Shown one piece after another: positions 18,241 to 27,040 of a stretch of 39,265 bases of DNA (the first letter of the stretch is position 1; each line of letters opens with the position of its first letter). The notes beneath the pieces were generated by a model, which had not been told where the DNA came from, ran no database searches, and was given only the letters and a program-made list of their open reading frames with translations. The DNA comes from Chthoniobacteraceae bacterium (lineage in GTDB: Bacteria > Verrucomicrobiota > Verrucomicrobiia > Chthoniobacterales > Chthoniobacteraceae): assembly GCA_031409335.1 (NCBI GenBank), contig JANNWY010000318.1, positions 1-39,265 on the forward strand, written 5' to 3'. Position numbers and translations under genes: made by a program.

Positions 18241-18825
18241 ATGAGCAACATCACCCGCGACCGCAAAGTGGAGCACGATTGGTGGCAGCACCCGATCCCC
18301 GAAAGTGTTTTTTGGGGTGAAGGCTTCTACTGCGAGACGGCGCAGATTTTCCGCTTCATGCGCAGCAAACACACTCGCGCCGTCGAGCTCGGCGCACACG
18401 TTTCCTGCTATGCTGGAGTCTCCTTCGCCCTCGGCGAAAAAGGCCGCTGCAAGATCGGCGACTTCTCGCTGCTCAACGGCGCGCTCATCATGGCCGACGA
18501 ATACATCGAGATCGGCAAACACGTGCTGATCTCTTGGAATGTCGGCATCGCCGACTCCGACTTTCATCCCATCGAAGCCGCGCAACGCCGCATCGACACC
18601 ATGGCGCTTGCCCCGTTCTACAAAGATCGCCCACCGCGCCCGCCGCTGAAAACGGCGCCGGTCATCATCAAGGACAACGTCTGGATCGGCATGAACGCGG
18701 TCATTTTGAAAGGCGTGACGATCGGCGAAAACTCCGTGGTCGCAGCGGGGGCCGTCGTGTCCAAAGACGTGCCGCCAAATGTCGTCGTCGCGGGGAATCC
18801 GGCGGTGATCGTAAAGCAGTTGTGA
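18241..18825 (+). CDS. Hexapeptide-repeat acyltransferase
   Basis: Motifs [37 protein letters not shown] and VAGNPA. Confidence 0.9.
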   Translation: MSNITRDRKVEHDWWQHPIPESVFWGEGFYCETAQIFRFMRSKHTRAVELGAHVSCYAGVSFALGEKGRCKIGDFSLLNGALIMADEYIEIGKHVLISWNVGIADSDFHPIEAAQRRIDTMALAPFYKDRPPRPPLKTAPVIIKDNVWIGMNAVILKGVTIGENSVVAAGAVVSKDVPPNVVVAGNPAVIVKQL

Positions 18826-18895
18826 ATTGTCAGTGGGCCTTTGCAAGCCAAGCACCCGGCACAGCCGCATCGAGGCCAGCTTCCCCAGTTTTCAC

Positions 18896-19843
18896 TTAGT
18901 GCATCTCCACCGCGCACGAGCCGAGGCCGCCGCGGTAGTAGTTGAACTGCACATTCGGATGCTGCGCGAGGAGCGACATCGGCACGCAGGCATCGGCGAT
19001 TCCCTTTGAAATCATGAACGCCGTGAGCCGCTGGCCAAATGGGTTGTCGTGCGCGCCGGCGTGCCAGATCGAGACCTTCTCCGCCTGCCACGTCTCGACC
19101 GGGCCGACGGTGATCGCCTTTGTCGGAATCATCGAAATATTCCCGCCGCCGCTGGTGCGCGCGTTTTGCGCGATGGTGAGCGGGTGCAGCTCGACGACGC
19201 GCGTCGCGAGCTGGCGATATTCGGCGGGCGTTGGCTGCGTGGATTTGTATTTGCCGCGGCGGGGCAGGGGATCATTGAAGGCCCAATGCTTCACGTCGCC
19301 CTGACCGCCTTGCATCACGGCGCAGCGCACGCCCGCGTCCCACGTTTTGCGATAGGCGTCGGTGTCGGCTTTTGGGAAACGCAGATGTGCGTCGGGCATC
19401 CGCAGTTTCCGGTCGATGCGCGAGAAACACATCTCGCGGTCGGCCTTTTCAAAACTCAGCGGATGCGTGACCGGCACCTCGCGTCCCGTCGCCGGATCGA
19501 ACCACTCGTCCATCCCCCAAAAATGTCCGCGGCGCACATCCAGCCCGAGCGAATTTACGAGCCGCGCGACGAGCGGGAGTTGCTCGGTGGGGCCGATCGG
19601 GCCGCAAATTCCCACGGGATTGTCGTCGGTGGATTGCCGCCACGCGTCGATGTATTCGAGGGCTTCGGCGAGGTAGAAATCTTCGAGCGTTTCGTAAAAG
19701 ACCACGCGGAATCCGGGACGCGAAAGCCGCTCGATGTCGCGCGGTGTCAGGCACGCCACTTCATCGATCAACTCGGCAGGCAGGCAGGTGTAGTCCCACC
19801 AATCGGCGGAGATCGCGCTGTTACGGAGTTTCAGCGGTTTCAT
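18896..19843 (-). CDS. Glucosamine-6-phosphate isomerase/deaminase-like (divergent NagB family) protein
   Basis: Motifs [33 protein letters not shown] and PTKAITVG. Confidence 0.75.
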   Translation of the reverse strand: MKPLKLRNSAISADWWDYTCLPAELIDEVACLTPRDIERLSRPGFRVVFYETLEDFYLAEALEYIDAWRQSTDDNPVGICGPIGPTEQLPLVARLVNSLGLDVRRGHFWGMDEWFDPATGREVPVTHPLSFEKADREMCFSRIDRKLRMPDAHLRFPKADTDAYRKTWDAGVRCAVMQGGQGDVKHWAFNDPLPRRGKYKSTQPTPAEYRQLATRVVELHPLTIAQNARTSGGGNISMIPTKAITVGPVETWQAEKVSIWHAGAHDNPFGQRLTAFMISKGIADACVPMSLLAQHPNVQFNYYRGGLGSCAVEMH

Positions 19844-20547
19844 TTCAAGGAAAGGTCGGTGCTGAGCAGTCGATCCTCGGGCCTTTCGGACAGGATCAAT
19901 CCGCGGAAGTGGAATTCCTGCGGCTGGTTGTTCGAGTGGATTTGCAAGCCGATGGGCGATGCCTTCAGCATGTCGGCCTTGTCGGTGAAATCCATGAACT
20001 GCGTGCCATTCAGCGCCATGCGAATGTGATCACCCCGCACCAGGATCTCCACGCGATTCCATTCGCCGATTTTCTCCGCGGCCTGCTGCCACTGCCCGCC
20101 GTGTCCCGCCGGGAAAACGCGGTTGCGCCGGTTCGCATCCCACACGCCCCAGTCATTGCAAAACATCAGCAGCGGCCCGCGAAAGCTGAACGGATCGCCC
20201 GTGTCCTCGAACTTCTCACCAAGCGCCGCCACCGCGGAATGCATCGTGGAAAACTTCCCGCCGCGCGTCTGCTTCACCTCAAACAAAAGGCGAAATGAGC
20301 GATAACTCTCCTTTGTAAAAAGGTAAGTGCTCGCCGCGACCGGCGTTGAGTTCGCCCCACGAATCGCCCCTTCATTCACCGACCAGTGTTTCTCGATCTG
20401 GCCTTCCCAGCCAGTGAGGTCCTTACCGTTAAACAGCTTCACGGCGGTTTCGGTTTTCGGAAGTTTTACGCTCTCCGCCCAATTGGCAGCCGGCAATTGT
20501 GCGAGCGCGGTGGATGCGAGGATTACGAAGACGAGCAAGGAACGCAT
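19840..20547 (-). CDS. DUF1080 family secreted protein
   Basis: Motifs [19 protein letters not shown] and IGLQIH...FRGL; signal peptide; ATGA overlap with the downstream gene. Confidence 0.88.
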   Translation of the reverse strand: MRSLLVFVILASTALAQLPAANWAESVKLPKTETAVKLFNGKDLTGWEGQIEKHWSVNEGAIRGANSTPVAASTYLFTKESYRSFRLLFEVKQTRGGKFSTMHSAVAALGEKFEDTGDPFSFRGPLLMFCNDWGVWDANRRNRVFPAGHGGQWQQAAEKIGEWNRVEILVRGDHIRMALNGTQFMDFTDKADMLKASPIGLQIHSNNQPQEFHFRGLILSERPEDRLLSTDLSLK

Positions 20548-20553
20548 GGCGAG

Positions 20554-21336
20554 TTAGGGTTTGTGGGTGAGGTTTCGACGAAGGCAAAGTTTAGGCAAGA
20601 CTTCGTTGAGCGGATCGTCTTCCTCCGCACCGAAGCCGTAGTGCAAGTGGCGCGTCCAGCCTTCGGCGTGCGGGAATCTTTTAGTCTGCTGGCCAAGCGC
20701 GAGCGAGAAGCCGTCCATCGTCTTGAGGTAGCTCTCCTGCCCTTGCGATTTGTCGAGCCACTCCTTCTGCGAAGCGTGGCAGGCGAGCGCGGCGCGCTTG
20801 GTCGCGTGGACGCTTGTCGTCTCGACGTACAGCTCCGCCTGCACGGGCTCACGCAGCGGCGAACACAGGCCGGTCGGCATGGCGTGATAAATCACGCACG
20901 GCGTAAAGCTCGGTGTGCGCTGCGGCTTCGAGCGGAAATTCGGAATGCCGCGCGCAAACGTCGCCGACACCGCGAGCCGCGCGGTAATCATGTGATCTTC
21001 CATGTAATCCGCGAGCGCGTGAGTTAGCACCACCGTCGGGCGCGCCTCGCGCACGACGGCGCACACGCGGCGGATGTTTTCGTCCGTGTAGAAAATCTGC
21101 ATGTCATCGCAAATCGGCGCGTGCCACCTCGCGCCGAGCGCCTTCGCGGCATCCTTCGCCTCACGCCGACGCACCCGCGCAGTTTCCGTCGCCGACATCA
21201 CCGTGCTGCCCATGTTCCCCGACGAGAGATTGAAATAATGAATCTCCCAACCCGCCTCGCGCAGCAGCAGAAGCGTCCCGGCCATGACGAATTCGATGTC
21301 GTCGGGATGGGCGGCGATGGCGAGGGCGGATGGCAT
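20554..21336 (-). CDS. PIG-L/LmbE family deacetylase
   Basis: AHPDDIE metal motif, RRREA, DYMEDH and ALACHASQ. Start re-placed at ATG 21336 because the longer ORF merely reads through the repeat. Confidence 0.9.
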   Translation of the reverse strand: MPSALAIAAHPDDIEFVMAGTLLLLREAGWEIHYFNLSSGNMGSTVMSATETARVRRREAKDAAKALGARWHAPICDDMQIFYTDENIRRVCAVVREARPTVVLTHALADYMEDHMITARLAVSATFARGIPNFRSKPQRTPSFTPCVIYHAMPTGLCSPLREPVQAELYVETTSVHATKRAALACHASQKEWLDKSQGQESYLKTMDGFSLALGQQTKRFPHAEGWTRHLHYGFGAEEDDPLNEVLPKLCLRRNLTHKP

Positions 21337-21343
21337 TGGGGAG

Positions 21344-21371
21344 GTGAGCAGTGAGCGGTGAGCAGTGAGCA
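21344..21371. repeat. Heptamer tandem repeat (GTGAGCA) x4, arm downstream of the four-helix-bundle gene
   Basis: GTGAGCA-GTGAGCG-GTGAGCA-GTGAGCA. Confidence 0.95.
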
Positions 21372-21376
21372 GTTGG

Positions 21377-21820
21377 TCAGTCGCTGGTGGCGAAGAAATC
21401 TGCGGAGTCTTCGCGGATGACGGAGGTAGTATCGCCGCAGAATTCATCGGCGCGGTTAATCATGGCGCCGAGCATTCGGCCTACTTGCTGACAAATGCCG
21501 AGCATTCGCCCGGCGGCTTCCTGCGTCAGATAGCCGCAATCGCCTGCAGTTTCGATCCAGTGCTGCGTCTCGCGCTGCTCGGCATCGGCATCGGTAAGCT
21601 TGCTGTCGAAGTGCTTTTCGTAGCGTCGTTTTGCCCAAGCCTCCGCGATTTGCGCAACGATCGAGCGGGAGGACCGGCGTACCTGATCCGTCAGCGAGAA
21701 CGCTTCCTCGCGCGGGAATCCCTTGCTGCGTTCAAATACTTCGCGCGCCAGTTCCCGTTGCCTTTGATAAACGACGAGATCCCGAAAATCCCGCGCGTGG
21801 ATGTTAGTTGAAGTGCTCAC
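21377..21820 (-). CDS. Four helix bundle protein (23S rRNA-IVS protein / Avd-like family)
   Basis: Motifs FRDLVVYQ, FPREEAFSLTDQVRRSSRSI..QIAEAW, ETQHWI and DCGYL. The GTG start lies inside the repeat arm. Confidence 0.92.
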   Translation of the reverse strand: MSTSTNIHARDFRDLVVYQRQRELAREVFERSKGFPREEAFSLTDQVRRSSRSIVAQIAEAWAKRRYEKHFDSKLTDADAEQRETQHWIETAGDCGYLTQEAAGRMLGICQQVGRMLGAMINRADEFCGDTTSVIREDSADFFATSD

Positions 21821-21855
21821 TGCTCACTGCTTACTGCTTACTGCTTACTGCTCAC
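21814..21855. repeat. Heptamer tandem repeat (TGCTYAC) x6, inverted relative to 21344-21371
   Basis: TGCTCAC-TGCTCAC-TGCTTAC-TGCTTAC-TGCTTAC-TGCTCAC. Confidence 0.95.
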
Positions 21856-22891
21856 CAATCTCCCCAATCTTCACCGCCCGCTTCTCACTCGCCGACTTAT
21901 CCGCCGCGGCGATGACTCGGTGCGTTTGGAAGGCATCCGCGAAGCTCGTGAGCGGCATGTCTTTTTCCACATCCAGCGCGTCGAAGAAGGCCTGGAATTG
22001 CGTCTGATATGGGTGATCGCTGACGTCGCCGCTATCAAGCATCTTCATCGAGAGCTGGCTCCACGCGGCTTTGTTCAGGCCGGTGAGTTTCATCGAGTGG
22101 AATTTGTTATCGAGGATCGAGCCTTCGCTCCCGACGAGGTGGGTGTGAAAGTAGTAAGGCTGGAAGCAATCGACGACTGCCGCGGACTTGCCGACTGCGC
22201 CATTTGCGAAGCGCAGCAGTGTTGTCGCGCTCGTGTGGTATTCGTAGGCGGCGAAAATAGGGTGCGCGCTGTGTGTCGAGTAGCTCGTCACTTCCTCCAC
22301 ATCGCCACCCATGCAGAGCAGCAGCGCATCGAGCGCGTGGCAGCCGGCGGTGAGCAGCGCGCTGCCGCCGAGTTCGCGTTTCGTGTTCCAGCGATACTGG
22401 CCGTACCAAGGTCCGATGCCATGGTAGTAGTCGATCTCGCCGTAGTGGATCGAGCCGACAAGACCCTGATCGAGCACGGATTTGGTGGCGAGAAATTGCG
22501 ATGAGTAGCGGCACTCGAAACACACGCAGACTTTCACGCCGCTTTCCTCCGCCGCGCGTTTCATTTCCAAAATCTCGCTCCACTCGATCGCGAGCGGTTT
22601 CTCGACGATGATGTGTTTGCCATTGCGCGCGGCGGCGATGAAGTGCGCGGCGTGCTGGTTGGGATAGCTCGTGATATCGACCGCATGGATCGACGGATCG
22701 GCGAGCATCGCCGCGAGGTCGGTAAATGCAGTGATCGGCGAGCCGTGTTTCGCTGTCAGTTCCGCGGAGTCGAGCGAGCGCGAGGACCACACGGCGGTGA
22801 CGCGCGCTTGCGAGGTGGCGTTGATGGCGGCGATGTGAGCCGTGGCGGCCCAGCCGTATCCGATCACGGCGACGTTGTATTGTTTGCTCAT
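21845..22891 (-). CDS. Gfo/Idh/MocA family oxidoreductase
   Basis: VAVIGYG Rossmann motif, GKHIIVEKPLA and GGSALLTAGCHALD. Confidence 0.92.
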   Translation of the reverse strand: MSKQYNVAVIGYGWAATAHIAAINATSQARVTAVWSSRSLDSAELTAKHGSPITAFTDLAAMLADPSIHAVDITSYPNQHAAHFIAAARNGKHIIVEKPLAIEWSEILEMKRAAEESGVKVCVCFECRYSSQFLATKSVLDQGLVGSIHYGEIDYYHGIGPWYGQYRWNTKRELGGSALLTAGCHALDALLLCMGGDVEEVTSYSTHSAHPIFAAYEYHTSATTLLRFANGAVGKSAAVVDCFQPYYFHTHLVGSEGSILDNKFHSMKLTGLNKAAWSQLSMKMLDSGDVSDHPYQTQFQAFFDALDVEKDMPLTSFADAFQTHRVIAAADKSASEKRAVKIGEIGEQ

Positions 22892-23898
22892 GGGTGGCGT
22901 GCTTCATCGCCGAGTGGGCGATTCGGCAGCAAGTAGTTTCGGATGTAGTCGGCGACCGCTTCCGCGAGCGGAGTCACGGCGGCGTCGTATCCTGCCGCCC
23001 GCAGTTTGCCGATGTCGGCCTCGGTAAAGTATTGGTATTTGCCGCGCAGCGTTTCCGGCATCTCGATGAACTCGATTTTCGCCTCGCGATCCAGCGCTGC
23101 GAAGACGGCTTTCGCGAGATCGATCCATGTATGCGCTTCACCAGAGCCGATGTTGAAAAGCCCGCCCGCGCTTGGCTGCGCCGCGAGATGCAGCGTCATT
23201 GCGACCGCGTCTTTCACATAGAGAAAATCGCGCATCTGTTCGCCGTCGCAGTATTCCGGTTTGTAGCTCTTGAAGAGTCGGATCGCACCCGTCTCCAGCG
23301 CCTGCGCGCAGCTCTTGTGGACGAGGCTGCGCATGTCGTCCTTGTGGCCTTCGTTTGGTCCGAAGACGTTGAAGTATTTCAAGCCTACCAGCTTCTCCAG
23401 CCAGCCATGACGCTTGGCAACGAGATCGAAGAGATGCTTTGAGTAACCATACATGTTGAGCGGGCGGAAATGCTCGATGTCTGGCTCGGTGTCGCTCATG
23501 CCAGCCGCGCCATCGCCATAGGTTGCGGCGGACGAGGCATAGGTAAAGCGCGCGTCGTTTTTCAGCGACCATGCCGCGAGGTCTTTGGTGAACTCGAAGT
23601 TATTGCGGATCAGATAGGTCGCATCGCGTTCCGTCGTGGCGGAGCACGCGCCGAGGTGGAACACAAAGTCGAATTTTCCCAACGCACCGCTTTCCAAGCG
23701 AGCCCGTAAATCGTCTGCCTCCAGATAGTCCTTGAACCGCAGCGGCGTTAGATTCTTCCACTTCTCATTGGTCCCGAGAATATCGCAGGCGACGATCTTC
23801 TCGCAGCCGCGCCGGTTCAGTTCCCAGATGATTGCACTGCCAATGAATCCAGCGCCGCCGGTGACGAGGATGCGATTTTCGGGAGTGGGAGAAAGCAT
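22888..23898 (-). CDS. hldD: ADP-L-glycero-D-manno-heptose 6-epimerase
   Basis: Motifs VTGGAGFIGS, FHLGACSATTE, YASSAATYG, PLNMYGYSK, KYFNVFGPNEGHK and KYQYFTEAD. Confidence 0.93.
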   Translation of the reverse strand: MLSPTPENRILVTGGAGFIGSAIIWELNRRGCEKIVACDILGTNEKWKNLTPLRFKDYLEADDLRARLESGALGKFDFVFHLGACSATTERDATYLIRNNFEFTKDLAAWSLKNDARFTYASSAATYGDGAAGMSDTEPDIEHFRPLNMYGYSKHLFDLVAKRHGWLEKLVGLKYFNVFGPNEGHKDDMRSLVHKSCAQALETGAIRLFKSYKPEYCDGEQMRDFLYVKDAVAMTLHLAAQPSAGGLFNIGSGEAHTWIDLAKAVFAALDREAKIEFIEMPETLRGKYQYFTEADIGKLRAAGYDAAVTPLAEAVADYIRNYLLPNRPLGDEARHP

Positions 23899-23914
23899 GG
23901 GGAGGGACTAGGAG

Positions 23915-24005
23915 GAACATCGAACGTCGAACATCGAACATCGAACATCGAAGCGTCGGAAGCGTCGGAAGCGCGTCTGCGCGGGCCGTTCGATGTTCGA
24001 TGTTC
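23915..24005. repeat. Inverted pair of heptamer tandem repeats with no enclosed ORF
   Basis: (GAACRTC) x5 at 23915-23949, then (GAAGCGTCG) x2.7 at 23950-23973; complementary arm GTTC-GATGTTC-GATGTTC at 23988-24005. Confidence 0.92.
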
Positions 24006-24015
24006 TCATTCCTTT

Positions 24016-24696
24016 TCAGCAAAGAAAAACTGTCAGCCGCTTCGGGCCATGCGCGCCGAGGACGAGGATTCGCTCGATGTCTCCCGTCCGGCTCGGCCCG
24101 GTGATGAACGACATGAAACTCGGCCAATTCGCGCCGTATTTCTGACGCAGCACCACATACGCGGCCGGAATGTCGGAGACCATCTGCTCGCGCTTCACGA
24201 GCACGATGTGATGCGGCGGCAACACCGAAAGCGCGCGCCCGCCCGCGCTCCGTCCGGTGATGAGAATGCTGCCCGTTTGTGCGACGAGCGCGTCGCATTC
24301 GCTGATGCCCGCGTCGCACTGCTCCAGCTCCGTCACGCTATATCCACTCTCCGTTAGCAAAGTCGGCAGCTTCAGCGCGGGCACCGTGGCATCCGTCAGC
24401 GCGCCGCGATGCGTGGCCACTCGCTTCCAGCCATTCTCCACCGCGAAAGCCGCCAGCCGTGCCGGCAGTTCCGCCGCGCTGCCGAGCAGATGCAGCTCCG
24501 TTTTTAGATCCTCGGAGTATTTCGCAAAAAGCGCGATTTGTTCATCAAGCGATTCGCTCACCTGCGGCAGCCATCCGCCAAATTCCTTCGGCGGTTCGCC
24601 GTGATGCAGCGCGCCTTCGCCATGATGCCCCGGGACTGGTGCGAGGTCGCGCAAGGCTTCGCGAATGCGGGTGAGGATTTGCGCCTTGCTGCTCAT
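24016..24696 (-). CDS. lutC: LUD-domain lactate utilisation protein C (LutC/YkgG)
   Basis: Motifs AQTGSI, GRALSVLPPHHI and FITGPSRTGDIERILVLGAHGP. Start ATG 24696 overlaps the lutB stop. Confidence 0.9.
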   Translation of the reverse strand: MSSKAQILTRIREALRDLAPVPGHHGEGALHHGEPPKEFGGWLPQVSESLDEQIALFAKYSEDLKTELHLLGSAAELPARLAAFAVENGWKRVATHRGALTDATVPALKLPTLLTESGYSVTELEQCDAGISECDALVAQTGSILITGRSAGGRALSVLPPHHIVLVKREQMVSDIPAAYVVLRQKYGANWPSFMSFITGPSRTGDIERILVLGAHGPKRLTVFLC

Positions 24697-26096
24697 GATT
24701 GTTTTGGGCGCGTCGCCATGTAATCCCGGAAGCTGACCGGCGCGAGTTGCGGCGTGTCGCGCGTCAAAGTCCACGCTCGCGCAGGATCGAAAAGAGTCCC
24801 TTCCACAAGCGGATGCAGCATTTGTCCTATCCGTCCCATTCGTCCCAAAGCCGCAAAGAGCAGCGGACGATTAAAAATAAATCCCGCAATCCGAAACGCC
24901 ATCTTTTCCCACCAGCGCGGCTTCTGCGTCACCGCGTTCCGGCGGTTGTGCAGCAGGTGATGATGGATGTCGATTTTCACCGGACACGCGCTCGTGCAGG
25001 CTCCGCACAGCGACGACGCATTCGAGAGATGCTTCCAATCCTGCAACCCGCGCAGATGCGGCGTGATGACCGAGCCGATCGGCCCCTGATACGTCGTCCC
25101 GTAGCTATGCCCGCCCACGTTCTTGAAAATCGGGCACACATTCAGACACGCGCCGCAGCGGATGCAGTGCAGCGCATCCCGCTGCTCCGGGTCCGCGAGC
25201 AGCCGCGTGCGATGGTTATCGAGTAAGACGACATGCATCTCGTCCGGCCCATCCACTTCGCCTGGCTGCCGCGGCCCGCCGATCATCGAGTTGTAGCAAG
25301 TCATCGCCTGACCCGCGCCCGCCGTCCCGAGCAGCGGCAGGAAAAGCGCGAGGTCTTCAAAACGCGGCAGCACTTTCTCGATCCCCATTACCGCGATATG
25401 CACCTTTGGCAGTGCCGTCGTCAGCCGCGCATTGCCCTCATTCTCCGTGATCGAAATCATGCCCGTCTCCGCAATCGCAAAGTTCGCCCCGCTGATCCCG
25501 ATGTCCGCCTCGCAATACTTTTTCCGCATCACGCGCCGCGCCACCATCGTCAAATCCTCCGGCGAATCGCTCGGCACATTCCCCACCTCCTTGTCGAACA
25601 ACTCCTTGATCTCCCCGCGCGAAAGATGCATCGCCGGAAACACAAAATGATACGGCGCTTCCTTGCGAAGCTGCACGATGTATTCCCCCAGATCGCTCTC
25701 CACCACTTCGTATCCTTCCTTCTCCAGCGCAGGATTCAGGTGAATCTCCTCCGCCGTCATCGCCTTCGATTTCACGATGCAGCGCGCTTTCTTCTCGCGA
25801 CAAATCCCGAGGATGTATTCGCGCGCCTCCGCGCTGTTATTCGCCCAAAAAACCTTCGCGCCCCGCGCCTCCAACTTCGTCGCAAATTCCTCCAAATACT
25901 TGTCGAGATGATTCACCGCCTCCCACTTGATCTCCCCCGCAGCCTGCCGCGCCGCGTTCCAATCCTGATACCGCCCGACCTGCCGATCGCGCGCCACATA
26001 GTATTTCCCCAGCGCGCCGTGGATGCGTCGGCGATGCTCTTCGTCATGCGAAACGCGCGTGGCGTCTACGCGGAATTGATCAACGGGCGCGATCAT
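24693..26096 (-). CDS. lutB: Lactate utilisation Fe-S protein B (LutB/YkgF)
   Basis: Motifs KSKAMTAEEI, ESDLGEYIVQL, TENEGNARL, CIRCGACLNVCP and SSLCGACTSACPVKI. Confidence 0.93.
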   Translation of the reverse strand: MIAPVDQFRVDATRVSHDEEHRRRIHGALGKYYVARDRQVGRYQDWNAARQAAGEIKWEAVNHLDKYLEEFATKLEARGAKVFWANNSAEAREYILGICREKKARCIVKSKAMTAEEIHLNPALEKEGYEVVESDLGEYIVQLRKEAPYHFVFPAMHLSRGEIKELFDKEVGNVPSDSPEDLTMVARRVMRKKYCEADIGISGANFAIAETGMISITENEGNARLTTALPKVHIAVMGIEKVLPRFEDLALFLPLLGTAGAGQAMTCYNSMIGGPRQPGEVDGPDEMHVVLLDNHRTRLLADPEQRDALHCIRCGACLNVCPIFKNVGGHSYGTTYQGPIGSVITPHLRGLQDWKHLSNASSLCGACTSACPVKIDIHHHLLHNRRNAVTQKPRWWEKMAFRIAGFIFNRPLLFAALGRMGRIGQMLHPLVEGTLFDPARAWTLTRDTPQLAPVSFRDYMATRPKQS

Positions 26097-26253
26097 TGGC
26101 GGCGGATTGCGTGCTGCGGGTATTCGATTTCAAAATCATTTGCGTGCGTGGGGATATGCGAAAACCGACGCGCCGACAATAGGCGGTCGAACAAAACGGG
26201 AACGCAGGCAAAAAGAATCCCGGTTGCGCGTCATCAGCAACCAAACGGCGATT

Positions 26254-26994
26254 TCACCGATCCCGTAGTGCGGCATCCACCACGCGGCGGACGCGCAACA
26301 TGTCGCGAAGCATCGCGAAGCTGTCGCGGATGAGCCGCACGCGGGAATCTGGCGAGTTGCGCCATTCCACCGGCAGGTCGGCGATCTTGCAGCCGAGCCG
26401 CTCGGCGAGCAGCAGCACCTCCACGTCGAAGGCGAAACCATCCAGCTTTTGCAGGGAAAAAATCGACTGCGCGGCGGCGCGGCGGAATGCCTTGAAGCCG
26501 CACTGCGTATCGTGGAGCGATGCGAGGCGGAAAGTTTGCAGCATTCGGTTGAATTTCTTACCCATGCTTTCGCGCACCACCGATTGCCGCCGCACGATCC
26601 GGCTTCGCTCATGCTGGCGATTGCCGACCAGCACATCGACTTCGGGGTGCGCCTCGAAGTGCGCAAGGAACGCACTAATTTCCCCAAGCGGCACGCTCAA
26701 ATCGGCGTCCATGTAGAAGACGTGCGCGCCGCGCGCTCGCAGCATCCCGCACCGCACCGCGTGGCCTTTGCCGCGCTGCGGGCCATTGTCGATGGCGAGA
26801 AAATTGTCCTGTTGCCGCGCGACCTCGCTCGCTATTTCCAAAGTGCCGTCGCGACTCCGCTCGACGACGATCAAGACCTCACACGCCCGCGTGAATTCCC
26901 GCAAAAATCCTCTCAACGAATCCAGCGTCTCCGGGAGGCGTCGTGCTTCATCGTAGGCAGGCACGACGATCGAGAGATATGGCGGCTCGGACAT
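26254..26994 (-). CDS. GT2 polyprenyl/dolichyl-phosphate glycosyltransferase (ALG5/DPM1-like)
   Basis: Motifs LSIVVPAYDEARRL, GKGHAVRCGM, YMDADLS, DTQCGFKAF and FAFDVEVL. Start re-placed at ATG 26994. Confidence 0.9.
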   Translation of the reverse strand: MSEPPYLSIVVPAYDEARRLPETLDSLRGFLREFTRACEVLIVVERSRDGTLEIASEVARQQDNFLAIDNGPQRGKGHAVRCGMLRARGAHVFYMDADLSVPLGEISAFLAHFEAHPEVDVLVGNRQHERSRIVRRQSVVRESMGKKFNRMLQTFRLASLHDTQCGFKAFRRAAAQSIFSLQKLDGFAFDVEVLLLAERLGCKIADLPVEWRNSPDSRVRLIRDSFAMLRDMLRVRRVVDAALRDR

Positions 26995-27040
26995 GCAGGG
27001 GCGACTCCGTTTACAGACCGCATTCGGCGCGGTCAAAGCA

